A stretch of 32,000 bases of DNA from Desulfotalea psychrophila LSv54 (GTDB lineage Bacteria; Desulfobacterota; Desulfobulbia; Desulfobulbales; Desulfocapsaceae), in assembly GCF_000025945.1 (NCBI RefSeq), contig NC_006138.1, forward strand, positions 1,890,001-1,922,000, read 5' to 3'. Under the pieces are notes generated by a model, which saw nothing but the letters and a program-made list of their open reading frames with translations, was not told where the DNA came from and did no database searches. The position numbers and the translations under genes were made by a program. Position 1 is the first letter of the stretch. The number at the start of each line of letters is the position of its first letter. Below are positions 27,365 through 32,000 of the stretch, piece after piece.

Positions 27365-28013
27365 TAGCAGATATGTCAGTTGGGTGGTAGTGGTAGATTG
27401 TACCTGATAGCAGAAGCAGCAGTAGATAGGTCAGTAGGCTTATGGGGCGATTTTTGGAGTAGAACTTCAGGGCTGATCCACTGGATCTCTTGAGCCTTGG
27501 CAGTAATCCATGTTGGAAGGATATAGAATAGAGCTCATCAATAATAAGATGACTCAAACAGCCGGAAAACACGGAAAATCCTACTATCAGGGCAAAGGTT
27601 GCGCCTGAGTTTATAAAGAGCAAATAGCCCATCTCCCCCATTAACAGGCAGAAGGGGATGCTATGCAGTATCCCTCGGTGGACGGTTAATTTTTTTACCA
27701 CTCCATAGAGAAAGTAGTTAATAAAGAAATAACTACAGAAGAAGTATAAAAATAAAAATTCAGGGGTTGGTTGCCTCTCCTGCTGTATCAGGCTAAGCAT
27801 AAGGGCGGGGATAATCAGGGATATTGAGGTGAATAAAAATCTGAGTGGTTTGCCAGAATCACTGTCTAAATCTGGCAGGGTGCCTCCTATTGCTCCTAAG
27901 AGAAAAACAGTGGCTGTTTGACTGATTGAAAAGTCAAAGGAGACCGTGCTCAGGGTGGATATTGCAAAACCAACGCAGGCTCCTGCGGTTAGATGTGTTG
28001 AAAAGTTTGCCAT
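27339..28013 (-). CDS. YdjM-like inner-membrane metal-dependent hydrolase (PF04307 family)
   Basis: 224-aa membrane ORF. N-terminal FSTHLTAGA, GGTLPDLDSDSGKP and HRGILHSIPF are the family-typical His/Asp motifs. Confidence 0.75.
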   Translation of the reverse strand: MANFSTHLTAGACVGFAISTLSTVSFDFSISQTATVFLLGAIGGTLPDLDSDSGKPLRFLFTSISLIIPALMLSLIQQERQPTPEFLFLYFFCSYFFINYFLYGVVKKLTVHRGILHSIPFCLLMGEMGYLLFINSGATFALIVGFSVFSGCLSHLIIDELYSISFQHGLLPRLKRSSGSALKFYSKNRPISLLTYLLLLLLSGTIYHYHPTDISAIRGFLAMP

Positions 28014-28389
28014 TTTATTTTCTACTCGCTTGTTATTTATACTAATTATCCTGTGTTCGCGGTCGTAGAGGCAAGGTATATTGTATATTGACCTATTTTA
28101 CAAACCATAAAAAAAGTTCGGGTGATCCTTGTTGGGGAATACGCTTACCAAGAGCCAATAAATCTGTGTAATTGGTAAAAAAAGACTAAGCATTTGCTTT
28201 TTTCGTAAAAGTAGCCTTTTGACATAGATTGTTCTTGTTTTTATAGAAAAATATAAAGAAAGAAAGGTGTTGACCGGATTGAGAGAGATGTATATTCTGG
28301 AAATCGTTTTGAAGTACTTGATAAGCAAAAATGATGGTTTATGTATAGAATTGTAGCAGGATTTTACGAGGGTAAAGGAGAACGGTGTA

Positions 28390-29571
28390 ATGACAGTTTA
28401 TAGAGTAAAGAAAATTAATAAGATAGCTCCTGAAGGCCTTGAGCTTTTTACTGATAAGTTTATCGTAAATGAAGATGAAAACGATCCTCAGGGGATTATT
28501 TTACGTAGTTCTCCTGTTGACGTTGATGATTATCCATCCTTGCTTGCTGTTGCCCGGGCAGGTGCCGGAACAAATAATGTTAATGTAGAAAGAGCTACCA
28601 AGAAGGGTATTTGCGTATTTAATACCCCCGGCGCCAATGCTAATGCCGTTGTAGACCTTGTTTTTCCTATGTTAGGTGTGTGGAAGCGTAATATCTTTAA
28701 CGGTATTAACTTTTGTAAATCTCTTACCGCAGTAGATCCCGATAAGGTAGATAGCGTTGTTGAAGCGCAAAAATCTGCCTATAAGGGAGAGGAGATAGCG
28801 GGTAAAAATTTGACGGTTGTGGGGCTTGGTCAAATTGGTGTTCGTTTGGCAAATGGTGGTATTCAGCGTCTTATGAATGTAAAGGGCTTTGATCCTGCCC
28901 CGGCTCTTGAAAATATTCATCAGCTCTCTCCTCAGGTACGTGTCTGTCGAGCTTTAAAAGATGCGGTGAGTGACGCTGATGTGATAAGTTTGCATCTTCC
29001 CCTGAACGATCGAACTAGAAATCTGGTTAATGCAGAGTTTTTGGCGAAGGTGAAAAGGGGAGCAATCCTTATTAACTATTCAAGGGCTCCAATCGTAGAT
29101 GAGCAGGCTGTTCTCGATGCCCTTGACAGCGGTCAGCTTGGCGCTTTTCTTTCTGATTTCCCCACTGCTAAAACCATTGGCCATGAGAAGATTTTGACGA
29201 CGCCACATCTTGGGGCGTCTACTTCTCAATCCGAGGGTAACTGCTCTACCATGGCGGTAAAGGAGCTTTCAAGTTATCTTAAATATGGAAATGTCGTTCA
29301 CAGTGTAAACTTTCCTAATATAGAGTCTACTCCTGCTGATACTGTTAAAAACAGACTTATTGTTATTAATAAGGATGTTCCTGGTATGATTGCCAATGTT
29401 TCCAATATATTCAGTGGTTTTAACGTGAATATTGTAAGCTATCTCAACCAGTCAAACGGTGCCATTGGTTATAATATTATTGATATGGAAGAGACGATTC
29501 CGGAAGAACTTGTGGCAAAAATTGTTGAACTGCCCGATGTTATCAGAACTCGAGTAATTGAATTTGCTTAG
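28390..29571 (+). CDS. serA: D-3-phosphoglycerate dehydrogenase with a C-terminal ACT domain
   Basis: 393-aa ORF. SD AAGGAG. Motif order RAGAGTNNV, NAD fold VVGLGQIGVRLA, then HLP..D.TRNL, then catalytic HLGAST. ACT-like tail RLIVINKDVPGMIANVSNIFSGFNVNIVSY. Confidence 0.9.
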   Translation: MTVYRVKKINKIAPEGLELFTDKFIVNEDENDPQGIILRSSPVDVDDYPSLLAVARAGAGTNNVNVERATKKGICVFNTPGANANAVVDLVFPMLGVWKRNIFNGINFCKSLTAVDPDKVDSVVEAQKSAYKGEEIAGKNLTVVGLGQIGVRLANGGIQRLMNVKGFDPAPALENIHQLSPQVRVCRALKDAVSDADVISLHLPLNDRTRNLVNAEFLAKVKRGAILINYSRAPIVDEQAVLDALDSGQLGAFLSDFPTAKTIGHEKILTTPHLGASTSQSEGNCSTMAVKELSSYLKYGNVVHSVNFPNIESTPADTVKNRLIVINKDVPGMIANVSNIFSGFNVNIVSYLNQSNGAIGYNIIDMEETIPEELVAKIVELPDVIRTRVIEFA

Positions 29572-29640
29572 AGGGATGTTTGTTATTCTGGCGTAAAGTT
29601 GGAGTGACTGGAGTCTGTTAAAGCGCTCTTTTTCTAAAAA

Positions 29641-29674
29641 GCCGCTCTCGCCATGCGAGAGCGGCTTTTTTTTT
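29641..29674 (+). terminator. Strong intrinsic terminator after serA (A-run upstream, so potentially bidirectional)
   Basis: GCCGCTCTCG (29641-29650), loop CCATG, CGAGAGCGGC (29656-29665), then T9. Confidence 0.88.
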
Positions 29675-29697
29675 ATCTTTTTTCCTTAGGTGCTGTT

Positions 29698-30639
29698 GTG
29701 GATATTGTAAGGCAGCTGTTTCCTGTGGCCCTTGGCACATGTTCTGACTATCAAACTCTTTTGCTGGATGATCGTCTGTCTGCCCTCTCTCTTGCCGCCG
29801 GTTTTTCTCCACCTGCCCGAGGGGCGCGGGTGCTCTTGAAACCTAATCTTGTCAGTGCCAGAGGGCCATCCTGGGCCTGTACCAATGCCCTTTTTATTCG
29901 CGCTGTCGCCCTTTGGTTTTTAGAGCAGGGGGCTCATGTGGCCTTGGGTGATTCACCGGCATTTGGTTCCGCCCTGGCGGTGTGTGAGGCACATGGCATT
30001 TCTGCTGCTCTTAAAGATTTGAATATTCCCATTGTTGAATTTGACCGTAAGGAGAGCTGTCGTTTGAGTTGCGGAATAGAGGTGGGGCTGGCCAGGGCCG
30101 CTTTGGATTGTGATCTTTTGGTTAATCTGCCTAAGATCAAGGCCCATAGTCAAATGTATGTGAGTATGGCCGTGAAAAATTGTTTTGGGCTTATTACAGG
30201 CCTGCAAAAGGCTATGCTCCATATGAAACATGGGGAGGGGCATGAACGCTTTTCTCGTTTAATTCTGGATTTGCAAAAATTTATTCCTGAACAACTTGTT
30301 ATCGGTGATGGTATAGAGGTTATGCATCATACGGGGCCGATTAAGGGAAGAAAGCTTTCTCTTGGTTGCCTGGCCGTTGCCCAAAACAGCGTAGCCTTTG
30401 ATACAGCGATGCTCCACGTTCTCGGTTTGCCCTCGGAGAAAAGTCCCCTCTGGCAGGTTAGTCACCGAGCGGGCATGGCGGAGAGTAATATTGAGCAAAT
30501 TGCCTTTCCTGGTCTGCCTGCAGACTTTTTTTCTGGAGCAGGCTTTGTGGCACCCGCTAATCTTGACCCCATTAGATTTAGGTTCTTTCGTTTTATTTGT
30601 GGTATGTTAAGGAGATTATCTGTTTCAGATAACGGTTAA
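29698..30639 (+). CDS. DUF362-domain protein
   Basis: The family-like N-terminal half reads VALGTCSDY...ARVLLKPNLVSA...CTNALFIRAVALWFLEQGAHVALGDSPAFG. The track start ATG 29653 sits in the loop of the serA terminator. I prefer GTG 29698 (AGGTG 5 nt upstream). Confidence 0.72.
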   Translation: MDIVRQLFPVALGTCSDYQTLLLDDRLSALSLAAGFSPPARGARVLLKPNLVSARGPSWACTNALFIRAVALWFLEQGAHVALGDSPAFGSALAVCEAHGISAALKDLNIPIVEFDRKESCRLSCGIEVGLARAALDCDLLVNLPKIKAHSQMYVSMAVKNCFGLITGLQKAMLHMKHGEGHERFSRLILDLQKFIPEQLVIGDGIEVMHHTGPIKGRKLSLGCLAVAQNSVAFDTAMLHVLGLPSEKSPLWQVSHRAGMAESNIEQIAFPGLPADFFSGAGFVAPANLDPIRFRFFRFICGMLRRLSVSDNG

Positions 30640-30773
30640 TTGGTAGAAAAATTTGGGCCTGATGTTTTTTCTTGTTAATATCTTAATAAGGATATCGGCC
30701 ATATTACTGGTCCGCTTTTTGGGATTTTGCTCTTAGGCTTGTGCAAAAATAATAAGTACAAGCAGGAAATTTT

Positions 30774-31361
30774 ATGTATAAATGTGACAAACCCTTGATT
30801 CTTGCCTCTTCATCTCCCCGTAGAAAGGCATTTCTGGACCAATTAGGGCTGGAATATTCCGTTAGGGTCAAGAGTATTGATGAGTTTGCTCAACCGGAAG
30901 AATCCCCCGAAGCCTTTGTCTGTCGTATGGCCCTGGAAAAGGGGAGTGCTGTAAGCTATCAGCATCCCGACTCCTGGGTGATTGCAGCAGATACAATAGT
31001 TTGTCTGGATCAAAAAATACTTGGTAAGCCACGGGATAGTGAAGATGCTGTTGCCATGTTATGTAGATTAGCTGGAAGGTCTCATACGGTGATGACTGCA
31101 TTTGCCATTATCTGTGAAAAAGAGAAGATCAGTGAGGTGCAGTTGGTGGAGACTTCAGTCTATTTTTCTTCTTTTGGTGAGGTCGAGGCGCGGGCCTATG
31201 TGGCTACCGGGGAACCTCTGGATAAGGCGGGCAGTTATGGAATTCAAGGGGTAGGTGCTCTTTTTGTTAGAAAAATAGCAGGATCCTATTCCAATGTTGT
31301 CGGTCTACCTCTTGCTGAACTTGTTGAGCGCCTTCTGTATTATTCTGTGATAAGTATTTAA
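30774..31361 (+). CDS. maf: Maf-family nucleoside triphosphate pyrophosphatase
   Basis: 195-aa ORF. LILASSSPRRKAFLDQLGL, ADTIVCLDQKILGKP, GRSHTVMTAF, KAGSYGIQG. Confidence 0.9.
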   Translation: MYKCDKPLILASSSPRRKAFLDQLGLEYSVRVKSIDEFAQPEESPEAFVCRMALEKGSAVSYQHPDSWVIAADTIVCLDQKILGKPRDSEDAVAMLCRLAGRSHTVMTAFAIICEKEKISEVQLVETSVYFSSFGEVEARAYVATGEPLDKAGSYGIQGVGALFVRKIAGSYSNVVGLPLAELVERLLYYSVISI

Positions 31362-31423
31362 TAGAGTATTTATTTTGTCTTTTTAGGAATCTTTATCTCA
31401 ACCTTCTGGGAAATTGTAACTTT

Positions 31424-32000
31424 ATGATAAAATATAATATAGAATCATCTGAAATAGGGATTCTTATGGCCTTTAATGGAGCCGTGGTGACATGTCGGCT
31501 CTATCCAACATCTGCTCCCCAGGTGAAAACTAGCATGGAGCGGGCCTATAACCTTTTCGGAGATTATTTGTCGAAGCATGATTCATTTTCTCTTGCCATG
31601 GTTGATGGATCCCATGCTGTAAATCATAAGGTTATTCCTCAGCGGACTCTGGATGGCTTGATCAATCTTGTTGTTTATCGTCAACTCCAACTACTTGGTT
31701 TGCAGGAACTACTCTTTGAGCAGGACTTAGATCGGTTTACCTTTTCTCAGATTGTTTCGGTCTTTGTTGCTAAGCGAGAAAAAATAGAGAAGGAGGGCGG
31801 GGGGCGTGAATATGTTACAGCCCTGGGCCTTATATCCTGTTTTCGGGAAAAATTTGTTGGAACCCTGTTGGCGGAAAAGGAAAAAACAAAGATAAAGGCT
31901 CTGGAAAAACTTATAGAGGTCTTGCTCGGTAAGACTGATATTGGTCAGGTAAGGGTAGAGCTAGAGGCTGTTTTAGCAAATGAAGCAATGGGAGCAGAAC
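31424..32000 (+). CDS. Hypothetical protein, 5' partial (open to the right edge)
   Basis: Not in the track because there is no stop in the window. Reading from ATG 31424 (or ATG 31466) the frame stays open for 192 codons: MIKYNIESSEIGILMAFNGAVVTCRLYPTSAPQVKTSMERAYNLFGDYL...LEAVLANEAMGAE. It faintly recalls the N-terminal regions of large HD/HD-GYP signalling proteins. That link is not supported beyond impression. Confidence 0.55.
   Translation, partial: MIKYNIESSEIGILMAFNGAVVTCRLYPTSAPQVKTSMERAYNLFGDYLSKHDSFSLAMVDGSHAVNHKVIPQRTLDGLINLVVYRQLQLLGLQELLFEQDLDRFTFSQIVSVFVAKREKIEKEGGGREYVTALGLISCFREKFVGTLLAEKEKTKIKALEKLIEVLLGKTDIGQVRVELEAVLANEAMGAE

Noticed and set aside
28098-28328. 76-aa minus-strand ORF in the ydjM-serA divergent spacer
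   Set aside because: The region is AT-rich and promoter-like (it contains TTGACA-17-TATAGA and TTGACC...TATTCT candidates for serA). The peptide is Ile/Leu/Lys/Phe-rich with no SD.
29653-29697. ATG 29653 as the DUF362 start
   Set aside because: The codon sits in the loop of the serA terminator hairpin, and the first 15 residues would be translated from the terminator and its T-run. The downstream GTG with AGGTG is more plausible. This remains unproven.
1-32000. Scan for CRISPR arrays, IS elements or transposases, integrases, prophage genes, toxin-antitoxin pairs, reverse transcriptases and large direct or inverted repeats
   Set aside because: None were recognised by eye. The only tandem repeat is the 9-bp array in deaD. 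The stem-loops found are all explained as terminators or operators. A computational repeat and HMM search is still advisable.

Overview
This is a gene-dense chromosomal segment with about 24 protein-coding genes, two of them cut by the window edges. I found no rRNA, tRNA, CRISPR array, transposase, integrase or phage genes by eye. The host is Gram-negative: the window carries a KDO transferase, a tripartite RND pump with an outer-membrane factor, and PilT. It also uses selenocysteine (selA). The AT-leaning composition and gene set would fit a Desulfobacterota-like organism, but that is only a guess and needs a database search.

Gene order, left to right:
- RNase II-family gene (minus strand, 5' part only, frame-broken)
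- era
- deaD-type DEAD-box helicase
- selA, a degenerate-GGDEF/TPR protein, a LOG-family protein and pilT (co-directional run)
- an uncharacterised lipoprotein (minus strand)
- TetR, MFP, RND and OMF efflux operon (minus strand)
- metY (minus strand)
- TauE/SafE-family permease, then an NhaC-family transporter
- J-domain protein
- comEC and waaA (minus strand)
- rsmE
- ydjM-like gene (minus strand)
- serA, a DUF362 protein, maf
- a 5' partial ORF running off the right edge

Most of this is ordinary housekeeping content. I cannot point to a convincing novel multi-gene system such as a defence island, mobile element or biosynthetic cluster. The items most worth a second look are:
- the tandem degenerate-GGDEF plus TPR protein abutting selA (TAG followed directly by ATG), which carries a C9 homopolymer
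- a perfect 10 x 9-bp (Ala-Pro-Val/Ala) repeat at the 5' end of deaD
- a one-base frame break in the RNase II-family gene
- the metY / TauE / NhaC (MetT-like?) sulfur-amino-acid neighbourhood, with a near-consensus promoter and a structured leader
- a strong-SD upstream ORF overlapping the LOG gene start
- a strong intrinsic terminator placed directly in front of the DUF362 gene

All domain calls come from reading motifs in the supplied translations. No searches were run.
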